A stretch of 64,000 bases of DNA from a virus. The stretch spans positions 32,001 through 96,000 of the IMG/VR virus record IMGVR_UViG_3300032235_000623, one strand, 5' to 3'. How positions within the stretch are numbered: the stretch's first letter is position 1; the number at the start of each line of letters is the position of its first letter. Shown piece by piece: positions 9,532 through 19,723 of this stretch. The position numbers and the translations under genes are program-made. The notes under the pieces were generated by a model that searched no databases, was not told where the DNA came from, and saw only the letters and a list, made by a program, of their open reading frames with translations.

Positions 9532-9735
9532 ATGAGGAAGCTAATTGCTATTGCCCTGTCTGGGCTATTAATGGTATCATTGAGTAGTTGTGGGGTACCA
9601 CAGGATAGATATCGTTATCCATGCCAAGATCCAGCTAATTGGAAAAAGGCAGAGTGTAATCCTCCAATATGTGAATCTTCTGGCACATGCACAAAAGATT
9701 TAGTTAAAGACTATGAGGTAGTTCAGAATGGCTAA
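9532..9735 (+). CDS. small lipoprotein with multiple Cys
   Basis: Lipobox LSSC; RYPCQDP..C.PP.C...GTC. Confidence 0.75.
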   Translation: MRKLIAIALSGLLMVSLSSCGVPQDRYRYPCQDPANWKKAECNPPICESSGTCTKDLVKDYEVVQNG

Positions 9736-10174
9736 AGTACGTAGAAATCCTGCAGAGCTGGATGCGTTACTAAAATTTATCCTAGGTATCACTTTAGGAA
9801 GCATTTTATTTTTTACAGCAGTAGGAATTTTGTATGGATTGCTATTTGTACAGCAACCACTAAACGGTCAATCCGAAAACGATAAAATGTTTTTTAATGT
9901 TCTTGGATCAGTTGCAACATTTATTACAGGAACACTAGCTGGACTATTAATAGGTCAGAGTGGTGCTAAGGATATCATGAAGGCACAACTTGATAATAAA
10001 GAAATGGATGCAAGAAATACTCAGGCTGACAAAAAGTTAGAATCAGAATTAGAGATTGCAGAAAAAAAAGTTGATGTTGAACTAGATGCAGTAAGAGCTC
10101 GTTTAGCTGCTAAGCCAGATGGAGCAATGCCAGCAGAACAAGCAGTCGACACAGATTGGGATAAGGAAGACTAA
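9728..10174 (+). CDS. two-TM membrane protein with C-terminal coiled coil (holin-like)
   Basis: Two TM helices; directly upstream of endolysin. Confidence 0.6.
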   Translation: MAKVRRNPAELDALLKFILGITLGSILFFTAVGILYGLLFVQQPLNGQSENDKMFFNVLGSVATFITGTLAGLLIGQSGAKDIMKAQLDNKEMDARNTQADKKLESELEIAEKKVDVELDAVRARLAAKPDGAMPAEQAVDTDWDKED

Positions 10175-10176
10175 TA

Positions 10177-10776
10177 ATGGCACAAGATGATTTTCCAGTA
10201 CCAGCAGAAACTGCTAAGGCTCCAAAAGGTAGCGTTGCTCGTCTTATTCAAATCGCTAAGTCTCAAGTTGGATACATTGAAGGTCCAAAAGACAATGAAA
10301 CAAAGTATGGTGCTTACACAAAGGCTAACTTCCAGCCATGGTGTGGCTCATTTGTAAACTGGTGTGCAAACGAAGCTGGCGTAAAGATTCCTAATACAGT
10401 TTATACTCCAGGTGGTGCAGCAGCATTTAAGAAGGCTGGTGCATGGATTGATGGAGACATTGCAGATCCAGAGCCAGGTGATATTGCCTATTTTGATTTC
10501 CCATCAGATGGTGTCGATAGAATTTCTCACGTAGGTATTGTTGTTGAAGACAACGAAGACGGAACAGTCTGGTGTATTGAAGGAAATACTTCTTCTAATA
10601 AAAAGGGAAGTCAAAGAAATGGCGGAGAAGCTTGTAAGCAGCTTCGTGCATATAAGAAAAATAAAGCAGGAGTAATGGTTTCAATTGTAGGGTTTGGACG
10701 TCCAAAATTTAAATCTACATCAACCAAGTCATCATCTCCATCAGATGGAAAAGTCTGCCCAACTTGTGGCAAATAA
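10177..10776 (+). CDS. CHAP-domain peptidoglycan amidase/peptidase (endolysin candidate)
   Basis: PWCGSFVNW, PGDIAYF, HVGIV, IEGNT. Confidence 0.88.
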   Translation: MAQDDFPVPAETAKAPKGSVARLIQIAKSQVGYIEGPKDNETKYGAYTKANFQPWCGSFVNWCANEAGVKIPNTVYTPGGAAAFKKAGAWIDGDIADPEPGDIAYFDFPSDGVDRISHVGIVVEDNEDGTVWCIEGNTSSNKKGSQRNGGEACKQLRAYKKNKAGVMVSIVGFGRPKFKSTSTKSSSPSDGKVCPTCGK

Positions 10777-10791
10777 AATTGAAGGATAAAA

Positions 10792-11571
10792 ATGTCTAAA
10801 GAAGGATATAAGCCAACATCAGGAATGCAGTCTGCAGCAAGACGTGCCATTAAGCTAAAAGAACAGGGAAAAGCAAAAGGTGCTGGAACTGCAGTTGGTT
10901 GGACAAGAGCTGGACAATTAGCAAGAGGAGAAACTTTAAGTCTTTCTACAGTTAAACGTATGTACTCTTATTTTTCTCGACATGAAGTAGATAAAAAAGG
11001 AAAAGACTGGGATAATGCAGAAAGCCCATCAAATGGTAAGATCATGTGGCTTGCCTGGGGCGGAGATGCAGGATATTCATGGTCAAGAAAAATTGTTGAA
11101 AGAGAGAAGAATATGAAAAAATCATTAGAATTAAATGAGATAGTGGAAGAGATTAAAGATATCCTTGATGACGTAGTTAACCCAATTACCAAGGCAATTG
11201 AAGTTGAGATTGAAGAAGACGACGAAGAGGATGACATGGAAGACACTGAGGGTTGTGACTGTGAAGGTTGCAAGGAGTGCAAAGCAAATGGTGGATGCAC
11301 AGAAAAGATGTGTTCAGGACATAAGAAGATGAAGAAGTCTGATGATCTATCAGATGAAGATATCTCAAAGTCTTATGAGTCAGATAACGAAGAAGAAGAC
11401 AAGTGGGATAACATGGAGAAGGCTTGCTGGAGTGGTTATGTGCAGCAAGGCATGAAAGAAAAAAATGGTAGAAAAGTTCCTAACTGTGTACCAATTAAAA
11501 AGGCTACAGATGTAGAGGAAAAAGAAGAGCCTGTAAAAAAGTCTATATGGAGTGGAACTTTTTTAAAATAA
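10792..11571 (+). CDS. hypothetical protein, acidic/Cys-rich C-half
   Basis: TVKRMYSYFSRH..WLAWGG domain and CWSGY..VPNCVP motif. Confidence 0.7.
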   Translation: MSKEGYKPTSGMQSAARRAIKLKEQGKAKGAGTAVGWTRAGQLARGETLSLSTVKRMYSYFSRHEVDKKGKDWDNAESPSNGKIMWLAWGGDAGYSWSRKIVEREKNMKKSLELNEIVEEIKDILDDVVNPITKAIEVEIEEDDEEDDMEDTEGCDCEGCKECKANGGCTEKMCSGHKKMKKSDDLSDEDISKSYESDNEEEDKWDNMEKACWSGYVQQGMKEKNGRKVPNCVPIKKATDVEEKEEPVKKSIWSGTFLK

Positions 11572-11635
11572 ACTATTGACATAGATAGCATACCTCTGTA
11601 TACTATTACAGTAGGTTCAACCAAAAAATGGACTT

Positions 11636-11869
11636 ATGTTACATTTATATGAAAATGGAGTAGAGATACTCAGAAAAAAGATATCTAGTAAAAATGTAGA
11701 TACCTATTGGGATAACTATAATTTTATTATATGGGAAAAAAATCAAGGCGGATATTCAGATACAAAAGGTGTATTTAGAAACAATTCTTGGGGAATAGCT
11801 AATACTATTCATATAAACCAAAACGGAACTTGGATATTACCGCTAAAGTATGTCAAATATTTTAAATGA
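11636..11869 (+). CDS. hypothetical protein
   Basis: ORF after TTGACA-17-TATTAC promoter-like site. Confidence 0.65.
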   Translation: MLHLYENGVEILRKKISSKNVDTYWDNYNFIIWEKNQGGYSDTKGVFRNNSWGIANTIHINQNGTWILPLKYVKYFK

Positions 11870-12164
11870 ATTAGGAACAGACGAAGACAAGTTCGCTTGG
11901 TGGGACATTGCAGTCTGTTCTGGCATGGAAACAAATCTTTTTTATGATACATACGAGTCTGATCATAATATTGCAAAAAATATTGATCAAGCTTGTTTAT
12001 CTTGTCCAGTTATTGCAATATGCTATAAGAATGGAACTGAGAATAATGAGTATGGAGTTTGGGGCGGAGTTTATTTAAATTTCGGCCAGCACGATAAGCA
12101 AAGAAATACGCATAAGAGTAAAGAGATTTGGAAGGAATTGAAACGTAAACATGCCCAAATCTAA
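11850..12164 (+). CDS. whiB: WhiB-family Fe-S transcription regulator
   Basis: C..C-x2-C-x5-C and GVWGG. Confidence 0.9.
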   Translation: MSNILNELGTDEDKFAWWDIAVCSGMETNLFYDTYESDHNIAKNIDQACLSCPVIAICYKNGTENNEYGVWGGVYLNFGQHDKQRNTHKSKEIWKELKRKHAQI

Positions 12165-12480
12165 TATGCACGACAATAAACATTTTAAGCATGGAATCAA
12201 TATGTGGACTGGTGAGCCAAATAAACCAGTTTTTTATAATGATGAAATGAGAAAAAGATTAAGAGAAATAAAAAGACCACATATGCTAATGATGGATGTA
12301 GCTATGTACCCAGAATTTTTAGCTTTAAGATTATATGAAGATAATTTTATTCAATTTAGTGGAACTAAAAAAGAAGAGGTTATCGATTATGTTACAAAGG
12401 TTAAAAAAATGATCGAGTCTTACGGAGTAAGATGCGAATTAGAAGGGGTCCCAAGTGATAAGTCCATCGGAAAAATTTAA
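12151..12480 (+). CDS. hypothetical protein
   Basis: ORF track, operon context. Confidence 0.7.
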   Translation: MPKSNMHDNKHFKHGINMWTGEPNKPVFYNDEMRKRLREIKRPHMLMMDVAMYPEFLALRLYEDNFIQFSGTKKEEVIDYVTKVKKMIESYGVRCELEGVPSDKSIGKI

Positions 12481-12628
12481 TGTATATATACCTTCTGAAG
12501 AAGAGTACGGATATATAGAATCATTAGGAGCTTTTGTTTCAGAAGTTTCTTATACAAAAAATGGAGTTGTTTACAAAGAAATGATTGAGAACGAAGATTT
12601 TGTGATTATTGATGAGGAGTCTAATTAA
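12455..12628 (+). CDS. small hypothetical protein (57 aa)
   Basis: GTG start, fills gap, TAATG coupling. Confidence 0.5.
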   Translation: MISPSEKFNVYIPSEEEYGYIESLGAFVSEVSYTKNGVVYKEMIENEDFVIIDEESN

Positions 12629-12864
12629 TGGAAAAGATATTGTGTTATTCATGCAACAAAAGTAAAGCAAACCTTACACTTGTCAAATCTTCACTGCTTG
12701 GCATAAACTTATTCATGTGCGAATCTTGCAAATCAGAAAAGATGGAGCCAAGATGGGTTGTAATTATCGCTGGAAGACAAAATGGATCTGAGTCTGTAAA
12801 AGATTTTATAGCAAAAAAGCGATATCTTGGAAATGAAATTTCGGCTTCTGAATTATTAATTTAA
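12628..12864 (+). CDS. small zinc-binding hypothetical protein
   Basis: CYSC..CESC. Confidence 0.7.
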   Translation: MEKILCYSCNKSKANLTLVKSSLLGINLFMCESCKSEKMEPRWVVIIAGRQNGSESVKDFIAKKRYLGNEISASELLI

Positions 12865-12897
12865 TTAAATATATTTATCAGGTATAATATATCTATA

Positions 12898-13218
12898 ATG
12901 AAAATAGATATAGCTACCCTTATTTTGTCATTACTTGCAGCAATTTTGAGCGGAATGGGAACCGCCATAATTGCTGGAATTAAAGACTCAAAAAAGGAAA
13001 AGGTTAGACGCCAAGAGCGTGACCAAGACCATCTTAAAATGGAAATAAAAGATTTAAAAATTCAATTATATGAGCTAGAAAAGCAGTTGACTGAATGGAA
13101 AGATAAATATTATCATGCAATTCAGCAATTAATTGAAGTTAAGTCTGAATTAGAACAAACATTAATTCAATTAGACCATATTAATATACATGTGGAAGAG
13201 CAGTCTAGCAATCAATAA
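12898..13218 (+). CDS. membrane-anchored coiled-coil protein
   Basis: N-terminal TM, heptad repeats. Confidence 0.7.
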   Translation: MKIDIATLILSLLAAILSGMGTAIIAGIKDSKKEKVRRQERDQDHLKMEIKDLKIQLYELEKQLTEWKDKYYHAIQQLIEVKSELEQTLIQLDHINIHVEEQSSNQ

Positions 13219-13240
13219 ATAAAAATAGTACAATAGAAGC

Positions 13241-13807
13241 ATGACTTGTATTGTAGCCGTTATCCATGAAAACAAAGTTTATCTTGGCGGAGATTCCGCT
13301 GCATCAGACGACAAAACTGGGCTCATAGTTCAAAGAACTGATCCAAAAGTTTTTAAGGTTGGACAATTCGGTATTGGGTTCACAGATTCTTTTAGAATGG
13401 GACAGATACTTCAGTATAATTGGACGCCACCTAAGTATGTTCCAACAGTTGGCAATAAAAATTTAGATAAATTTATGCGAACTAAATTCGTTGATTCAAT
13501 CAAGGAAGTATTCAAAGAACATGGATACGGAAACTTTGGATCCAACACTGAAGATGGAGATGAGGGTGGCATATTCCTTGTGGCGGTAGCTGGAACTGGA
13601 AGAATATTCACTATAGATTTAGACTATCACATCGGAGAGGCTGACGTAATGTACATGGCTGAAGGAAGTGGTCAGCAAGTCGCATTGGGATCATTATTCT
13701 CAACAGCACAAGTAAAAACACCACGTAAGCGTGTCAGAATGGCCCTAGAAGCCTCAGCAAAATTTATTATGAGCGTACGTGGCCCCTTTACAATAATAGA
13801 AGTATAA
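13241..13807 (+). CDS. HslV/proteasome-beta-like Ntn protease
   Basis: N-terminal MTCIVA, GGDS, PKVF, GSG..ALG. Confidence 0.8.
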   Translation: MTCIVAVIHENKVYLGGDSAASDDKTGLIVQRTDPKVFKVGQFGIGFTDSFRMGQILQYNWTPPKYVPTVGNKNLDKFMRTKFVDSIKEVFKEHGYGNFGSNTEDGDEGGIFLVAVAGTGRIFTIDLDYHIGEADVMYMAEGSGQQVALGSLFSTAQVKTPRKRVRMALEASAKFIMSVRGPFTIIEV

Positions 13808-13821
13808 AGTATAATTAAACT

Positions 13822-14037
13822 ATGAAGGATCCCAAGGATATCAATCACTTAAAGCCCAATTATGATAAAGCTATGGATATTCGTGGTGTCCCAACACATG
13901 TGTGTCCCTGCGGATGTGAAGTGTTTAACTTAAAAGTAATTTTTCATAACTATGAGATAGCAAGTTACTTTATAGATATGGAATGTGCGAGCTGTGGAAC
14001 AATCGCAACAGCGCCAACCCCCTTAGATATGGAATAG
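13822..14037 (+). CDS. small zinc-finger protein
   Basis: CPCGC..CASCG. Confidence 0.7.
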   Translation: MKDPKDINHLKPNYDKAMDIRGVPTHVCPCGCEVFNLKVIFHNYEIASYFIDMECASCGTIATAPTPLDME

Positions 14038-14042
14038 TATAA

Positions 14043-14213
14043 ATGAGAAAATCTGAAAGAATGCTCAATCTAGAATTAGAAATTTATAAGTTAAGAATAG
14101 AATTAGATTTAGTTTATGAAATATTAAACAATATTGTTGCAGCAAACGAAGCTGCAAGCATAGAAGCTGGCAAGTGGTATGTAAGAAGACCACGATTCGA
14201 TTCAGAAAATTAG
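14043..14213 (+). CDS. small hypothetical protein (56 aa)
   Basis: MRKSERMLNLELE..; fills gap. Confidence 0.55.
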   Translation: MRKSERMLNLELEIYKLRIELDLVYEILNNIVAANEAASIEAGKWYVRRPRFDSEN

Positions 14214-14250
14214 TATTGACAGAACTCAATAATTATTGTATTATTCATTT

Positions 14251-15186
14251 ATGAAAAAAACACTAACTGCTATTGCTGTGATTGCGATTTCGGCGGTATC
14301 GCTTCCAGCTAATGCAGCACTAAAAAACTCTACCGCCCAGTTACCAACACTTGCTATCATCGATACTGCTCTAGATACTTCAATTCCATCTATTAAAGAA
14401 AAACTGATCGGAGAAGTTTGTATCCTGGATTGGAATTCATGCCCTAATGGACAACCTTTTATGGAGGGTACAGGGGCATCAGTGCTTCCAATGAATATTT
14501 TATCAACTAATAACTTTAACCATGGTACACAGATGGCTTCTGTAGCAGTAAAAAATAATCCAAACATGAATATTCTATTTATTAGAATTATTGGTCATAC
14601 TGCTGACGGTCGTAGACAAGTAACAAGAGCCAACCTTGTCCCTAGAGTTTTAGAGTGGATTAATGCAAATAAAGATAGATATAATGTTCAATCTATTGCA
14701 ATGTCACAAGGTCATCACAATCTAGTAAAAACTGGTGATTATTGCCCTAAAAATGTCGAGCTAGATGTTGCATTAGAAAAGCTAAATTCTGCTAACATTC
14801 CAGTGATGTTCGCTGTTGGAAATGATAGAGACTACTCAAGAATTGACTGGCCAGCATGCCACATGTCTCCAAACGTTTTTGCTATAGCTGGGTCAGAAAA
14901 CCACAACGCCCCAGCAACCTATAATAATCACGATTCAACTAGAACAGACTTTTTTGATTATGGAAATCAGCAAGTTGTTAGACCTGGAAATATTCAGGCG
15001 TACGCTGCTGGATCATCTGTAGCAAATGTTTCGTTTGCTGCAAAATGGTTGGGTATCAAAACTTCTAAATCATATGTTTCTATATCTGATATTTCTAATG
15101 TTATTAAAAATACATCTTTGTCAATCAAGAACTCACGTGGGGTATCTGGACTTCTAATTGATTATGGAAAGGCTACAAATGGCTAA
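14251..15186 (+). CDS. secreted subtilisin-like (S8) serine protease
   Basis: Signal peptide; IIDT, HGTQM, AVGN, AGSSVA. Confidence 0.85.
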   Translation: MKKTLTAIAVIAISAVSLPANAALKNSTAQLPTLAIIDTALDTSIPSIKEKLIGEVCILDWNSCPNGQPFMEGTGASVLPMNILSTNNFNHGTQMASVAVKNNPNMNILFIRIIGHTADGRRQVTRANLVPRVLEWINANKDRYNVQSIAMSQGHHNLVKTGDYCPKNVELDVALEKLNSANIPVMFAVGNDRDYSRIDWPACHMSPNVFAIAGSENHNAPATYNNHDSTRTDFFDYGNQQVVRPGNIQAYAAGSSVANVSFAAKWLGIKTSKSYVSISDISNVIKNTSLSIKNSRGVSGLLIDYGKATNG

Positions 15187-15388
15187 AGATTTAACGGTGC
15201 TTGAAGAAATCATAGGTGAGGTTGCAGAAGATGTCTATAATAAATGGGCACTTGCTTTGCCAGAAGAACAGAAGACAGATGATGCTCTATCTGCATTAAG
15301 CAAGAATGCTTATGAAGTCACTGTAATGATTATTCAGAACTTTATGAAGCGTTTTAACGAAGCAGCAGAAGAGCTAAAAGATAAGTAA
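15179..15388 (+). CDS. hypothetical protein
   Basis: GAAAGG RBS before MAKDLT. Confidence 0.65.
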   Translation: MAKDLTVLEEIIGEVAEDVYNKWALALPEEQKTDDALSALSKNAYEVTVMIIQNFMKRFNEAAEELKDK

Positions 15389-15440
15389 AATTATGGGGGA
15401 GGGTATTGACTCTCCCCCAATTATTTAGTAGGATATGGGT

Positions 15441-15914
15441 ATGCAAACATTTCTTCCACACAAAGACTTTTCCGAGACAGCAAAACATTTAGACCGTAAG
15501 CGTTTAATCAAGCAGAGTGTAGAAAACCTTCAGGTACTTAAGTCTCTCTCTGGACACTACGATAAAACTGGTGCTTGGGTAAACCACCCAGCAGTAAAGA
15601 TGTGGCGTGGTCACGAAGACTGGCTATTCTTATATAACGAGGCAATTGTAAGAGAGATTATTCTTAGAGGGTATAAGAATAGCACAAGAGAAACATTTGA
15701 CTCAATCTATCAAGAGAATTTTATTGCTCTTGAGTCTGATTCACCTTGGTGGCTTGGTAATGAGAGCCTCCACTACTCTCATAAGGGTAGATTATACGAA
15801 AAAGATCAAGAATCATATTATTTCTATGCGGAATTTGCTGATTATAAGGAATTAGGATATACTTGCTGCGTGTCCTGCAACTATTACTGGCCTACTCATG
15901 TGGAGAATCTATGA
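15441..15914 (+). CDS. MSMEG_6728-family / pyrimidine-dimer DNA glycosylase-like protein
   Basis: MQTFLP, LDRKRL.KQ.VE, HPAVKMWRG, SH...L..KD, YYWP. Confidence 0.85.
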   Translation: MQTFLPHKDFSETAKHLDRKRLIKQSVENLQVLKSLSGHYDKTGAWVNHPAVKMWRGHEDWLFLYNEAIVREIILRGYKNSTRETFDSIYQENFIALESDSPWWLGNESLHYSHKGRLYEKDQESYYFYAEFADYKELGYTCCVSCNYYWPTHVENL

Positions 15915-16216
15915 TAGTAAACGACGAAAATTTCGATAATACTATCAGTTCACACAGGCTTGTAATGATAGATTTTTGGGCTGAATGGTGCAGACCTTGC
16001 AAAATTTTTAGTCCAATTATTGAAGAAGTCTCAAACGAGACTGGAATATGGCTTGGAAAGATTAACATTGACGATAATCAAATTAAGCCAGCAGAGTACG
16101 AAGTATCTTCTATACCAACAACTATTTTATTTCAAGATGGTGTTCCAGTAAAAAGAATTATAGGCGCAAAGCCAAAGCATGTAATGTTACAGGAGCTTTC
16201 AGAATGGGTGAACTAG
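15911..16216 (+). CDS. trxA: thioredoxin
   Basis: DFWAEWCRPCK, SIPT. Confidence 0.92.
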   Translation: MIVNDENFDNTISSHRLVMIDFWAEWCRPCKIFSPIIEEVSNETGIWLGKINIDDNQIKPAEYEVSSIPTTILFQDGVPVKRIIGAKPKHVMLQELSEWVN

Positions 16217-16377
16217 ATTTTAATAGCTGGATAAAATATGGCTATGAAAAGGGGTGGACTTCTGATGTATTTTGTAATACTCATGATGGCCCACCTATGA
16301 ATGATATAGAGATGCAAGAATGGGAAGATGGAGGAGATCCGTGTTCCTTCCACATTCGTTTGTGGGAATTAGACTAA
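16204..16377 (+). CDS. small hypothetical protein (57 aa)
   Basis: FCNTHDGPPM..GGDPC; GGAG RBS. Confidence 0.6.
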   Translation: MGELDFNSWIKYGYEKGWTSDVFCNTHDGPPMNDIEMQEWEDGGDPCSFHIRLWELD

Positions 16378-16427
16378 AATTCTGTGCCTAACAATGGGGG
16401 CAGATAAATTAAGGAGAAAGAAATTAA

Positions 16428-17534
16428 ATGAAGTCATTTAATAAAATCGCACTAGCCATGGTTGCAGCCATGGCTATGGGCACAATCGTAGCAACACCTG
16501 CAAGTGCTGCTGTAATGACAGTCGCTGTAACTCTTGATGGAACGGCTAATACAACCGCTTCCTCAGTTTCTACACCTGCTGCATTGCCAGTTCCTGCAGA
16601 CAACTCAGTTGATGCTGCTGACGCACTTAAGTTTGTAGCAACAGTTGACACAGGAACATCAGTTTCTGTAACAGCAACAAATGCAACAATCGTGTCTGCA
16701 CTACACACATCTGCTGCACCAGTCGGAGCATCATCAGGATCATCATCTTTGACAATTGCTACTGGTACAGGAACAACTGCAACATTTTATGTCTACACAA
16801 AGACAACAGCAATTGGTACAGTTGTAGTTACAAACCAGGGAACACAACTTACATACTACGTACAGGGTACTGCTGGCAAGATTAATAACCTTGCTGTTTC
16901 AGCACCAGCAAACGGTGCTGCTGGAACAAAGCAGGATATTACAGTTACTGCAACAGACGTATTCGGAAACAAGGTTTCTGGTAAGTCAATTACAGCAACA
17001 GTATTTGCTTCAACAGCAACACTTGATACAGCAACAGCAACAACTGGTGCTACTCTTTCAGACTTTGGAGTTGCAAAGTTTTCTGCAACACTTCCAACAA
17101 CTGGAACACGATCACTTATTACATTTGCACCAACAAACTCAGGAGATGCAACATCTGCTGATGTAACTGGTTTAACTGCTCGTACTCTTGCACCTTTTGC
17201 AGAGATTGCAGTTCGTGATCTAGTATCAGAACTTGCTGCACAGACAGCTGCTAAGACAGCTGCTGAAAGAGCTCTTGCAGATGCAGTAGCAAAGGCTGCA
17301 TCTGATTCAGCAGCAGCAAAGGCTGCAGCAGAAGCAGCAGCTCTAACAGCTGCAGCAGAAATTGCTAAGCTAAAGGCAGAAGCTGTAACAGCAAAGCTTG
17401 CACACGATGCAGAAATTGCTAAGCTAAAGGCGGATAATGCGGTAGCGATTAAGGCAATCAAGGATGCTTTCAATAAGTTGGCTCGCCAATGGAATGCAAA
17501 GAATCCAAAGTCAAAAGTTACTCTAGTAAAGTAA
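16428..17534 (+). CDS. secreted Ala/Thr-rich Ig-like surface protein with C-terminal coiled coil
   Basis: Signal peptide, VTATDVFGN.V Ig-like motif, strong RBS, own terminator. Confidence 0.75.
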   Translation: MKSFNKIALAMVAAMAMGTIVATPASAAVMTVAVTLDGTANTTASSVSTPAALPVPADNSVDAADALKFVATVDTGTSVSVTATNATIVSALHTSAAPVGASSGSSSLTIATGTGTTATFYVYTKTTAIGTVVVTNQGTQLTYYVQGTAGKINNLAVSAPANGAAGTKQDITVTATDVFGNKVSGKSITATVFASTATLDTATATTGATLSDFGVAKFSATLPTTGTRSLITFAPTNSGDATSADVTGLTARTLAPFAEIAVRDLVSELAAQTAAKTAAERALADAVAKAASDSAAAKAAAEAAALTAAAEIAKLKAEAVTAKLAHDAEIAKLKADNAVAIKAIKDAFNKLARQWNAKNPKSKVTLVK

Positions 17535-17540
17535 TTTAAT

Positions 17541-17574
17541 AATAAAGGGGCAGGGGAGACCTTGCCCCTTTATT
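17541..17574 (+). terminator. intrinsic terminator
   Basis: AATAAAGGGGCA..TGCCCCTTTATT hairpin. Confidence 0.8.
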
Positions 17575-17590
17575 GTATTAATGATAGAAT

Positions 17591-17752
17591 ATGGATATGG
17601 ATTTAGATAGTTTATATGTTTTTATAAAAAAACAGTCTATAAATGATATTATTAAAGACTTAGAAGACTTAGAATTTCCACCAGAGTGGAGACCAAGAGA
17701 CGTTCTTGGGTTTGTGATCAGAAAATTGCAAGAAAAGGAAATGCAATGTTAA
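17591..17752 (+). CDS. small hypothetical protein
   Basis: 53-aa ORF after TAGAAT -10. Confidence 0.5.
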   Translation: MDMDLDSLYVFIKKQSINDIIKDLEDLEFPPEWRPRDVLGFVIRKLQEKEMQC

Positions 17753-17985
17753 AAAATATTAGTAAAAAAATAAATAAATGGCTTTCACCTACAACTTATG
17801 TTGATTTGGATGTAATCCTTGAAGATATCAATGCTGAAAAGGTTGTTAAGAAGACAGCTAAGAAGGCACCAGTAAAGAAAACTGCTTCTAAGAAGGCTCC
17901 TGCAAAGAAGGTTGCTAAGAAGGCTCCTGCGAAGAAGAAGCCAGCAGCTAAGAAGGTAGCAAAGAAAGCGCCTGCTAAGAAGTAA
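17746..17985 (+). CDS. histone-H1-like (PAKK-repeat) DNA-binding protein
   Basis: KKAPAKK repeats; GAAAAGGA RBS before 17746. Confidence 0.8.
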   Translation: MLKNISKKINKWLSPTTYVDLDVILEDINAEKVVKKTAKKAPVKKTASKKAPAKKVAKKAPAKKKPAAKKVAKKAPAKK

Positions 17986-18186
17986 ATGGAATCTAAAAAG
18001 CGAAGTATTATCAAAGCCATTACATGGCAATTTGTTCACCTAGGATTCGTGGCTGGCTTAATATACATATATACACGTGAGTGGGAGTATGCATCACTTG
18101 GGGCTATAGGCTACCTAGCCTGGGAATCAACAGCCTATTATTTTCATGAGCGGGCATGGATAAGATTTGGAAATAATATCAAGTAA
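17986..18186 (+). CDS. DUF2061-like membrane protein
   Basis: RSIIKAITW..YYFHERAW. Confidence 0.75.
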   Translation: MESKKRSIIKAITWQFVHLGFVAGLIYIYTREWEYASLGAIGYLAWESTAYYFHERAWIRFGNNIK

Positions 18187-18370
18187 TGGATTTATTAGAT
18201 ATTTGCGAAATAAAGGATTGTAATAGTCAGGCTGAGCGCATAACAAGCACTGAAACAAAGATAATCCAAGTATGCATAGAATGCTACAATAAAAAATATA
18301 AAAAATGATATAATGTATAATATGGAAGGATTTCTAGACCCTTCTAAATAAACCCTATAGGAGATAAGAA

Positions 18371-18902
18371 ATGTCAGATGGAAAGAATTTAACAGGTTTT
18401 GGCGAGACAAAGCCAGCAGGCGTAACACCATGGAACAACAACGAGCAGTATGCTCAGGATCCAAAGGCTGCATTCCCTGCAACAGATAAGTCATCACAAG
18501 ACGGCGCTGGACTTAACAACGGCGGTAAGTAATAATGTGCGTAGAATGTGGCTGCCAAATGGTTGGCAGCGAAACTGGTATTGTTGGAATTAACGGTGGC
18601 ATGTTAGACGTATCTACAGACGGAGATTCTGGACTAACACTAAACATGACAGCAAACCGTGAACAAAGAGAAAGATTCATTAACGAATAATGTCTGAAAA
18701 CGGATCAGAGACCGTTACCGCTTCAAATGCAGAGCCATCTGGAGCGGTAACTTCTACCGAAGCTACTAGAAAAAACCCTAGTCAGGGTAAATTTAAGTCT
18801 GGAATTAATAAAAAAGTTCCGATGAAGGTAGATGTAAATAAGCACGGAATTAGAAGAGAGACTAGCATCCAGCCTAAAAAGGTTGGAAGAAAAAAGGTTT
18901 AA
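18371..18902 (+). CDS. three small coupled ORFs (18371..18532, 18535..18690, 18690..18902)
   Basis: TATAAT promoter, AGGAG RBS, TAATG couplings. Confidence 0.6.
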
Positions 18903-18934
18903 TCTAACCTTTGTAACTAGAAAAGAGAGTATCT

Positions 18935-19639
18935 TTGTACATAGTAACTGGATCAGGATCTGGCATAGGTAAATCAGTATATAAAACTTTAAAAGAAACT
19001 GATCCAGTTATTGGTATTGATATTTTGCAATCAGACATTGTTTGTGATCTATCTTACGAAAAAAATATAAAAGAATTAGTATCCGAAATAACAAATTCCA
19101 ATAAAGAAATAAGTGGTGTCATCACATGTGCTGGAGTTGTTGGTGGAGATAGTGTAATATCAACTAATTATTTTGGATCTATCAGACTTGTAGAATACTT
19201 ATATGCCCATTATGGCAAAATAAATGCAATACTAATTGGGTCTATTATATTTACACACACAAAAGTTAATAATGAGTTAATAGATTTATTGCTAGATGGT
19301 AGTGAATCAGATGCAATATATTTTGCAAGGAAGAATAATCTTACAGATACAGAGATATATGCATCCTGCAAGCTAGCCCTTAATTTTTGGGCAAGACGTT
19401 TTATTAAGAATAACCCAAACTCTAGAATAAACGTCATACATCCATCATTAACTAAAACTGGAATGACAGAAAAGTATTTAAAGAGTGAAGTTATAAAAAT
19501 TATTTTTGCTGAAGATATACATAAGGCATATTTGGGCGAGCCAGAAGAAGTATCTGGCTTAGTATGCTATCTAATAAAAAATTCAAAGTTTGTAAATGGA
19601 CAATCTATATTTATAGATGACGGTGTGTACAGTGTGTAA
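18935..19639 (+). CDS. short-chain dehydrogenase/reductase
   Basis: VTGSGSGIG, CAG, YASCK (YxxxK), VNGQSIFIDDG. Confidence 0.88.
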   Translation: MYIVTGSGSGIGKSVYKTLKETDPVIGIDILQSDIVCDLSYEKNIKELVSEITNSNKEISGVITCAGVVGGDSVISTNYFGSIRLVEYLYAHYGKINAILIGSIIFTHTKVNNELIDLLLDGSESDAIYFARKNNLTDTEIYASCKLALNFWARRFIKNNPNSRINVIHPSLTKTGMTEKYLKSEVIKIIFAEDIHKAYLGEPEEVSGLVCYLIKNSKFVNGQSIFIDDGVYSV

Positions 19640-19723
19640 GACATGCGGAAACTGCTCTCAAGAGCACAATAAAACAATTGATGATGCAGTAGATAATATC
19701 TTAGATTCGAGTATAATATAAGA

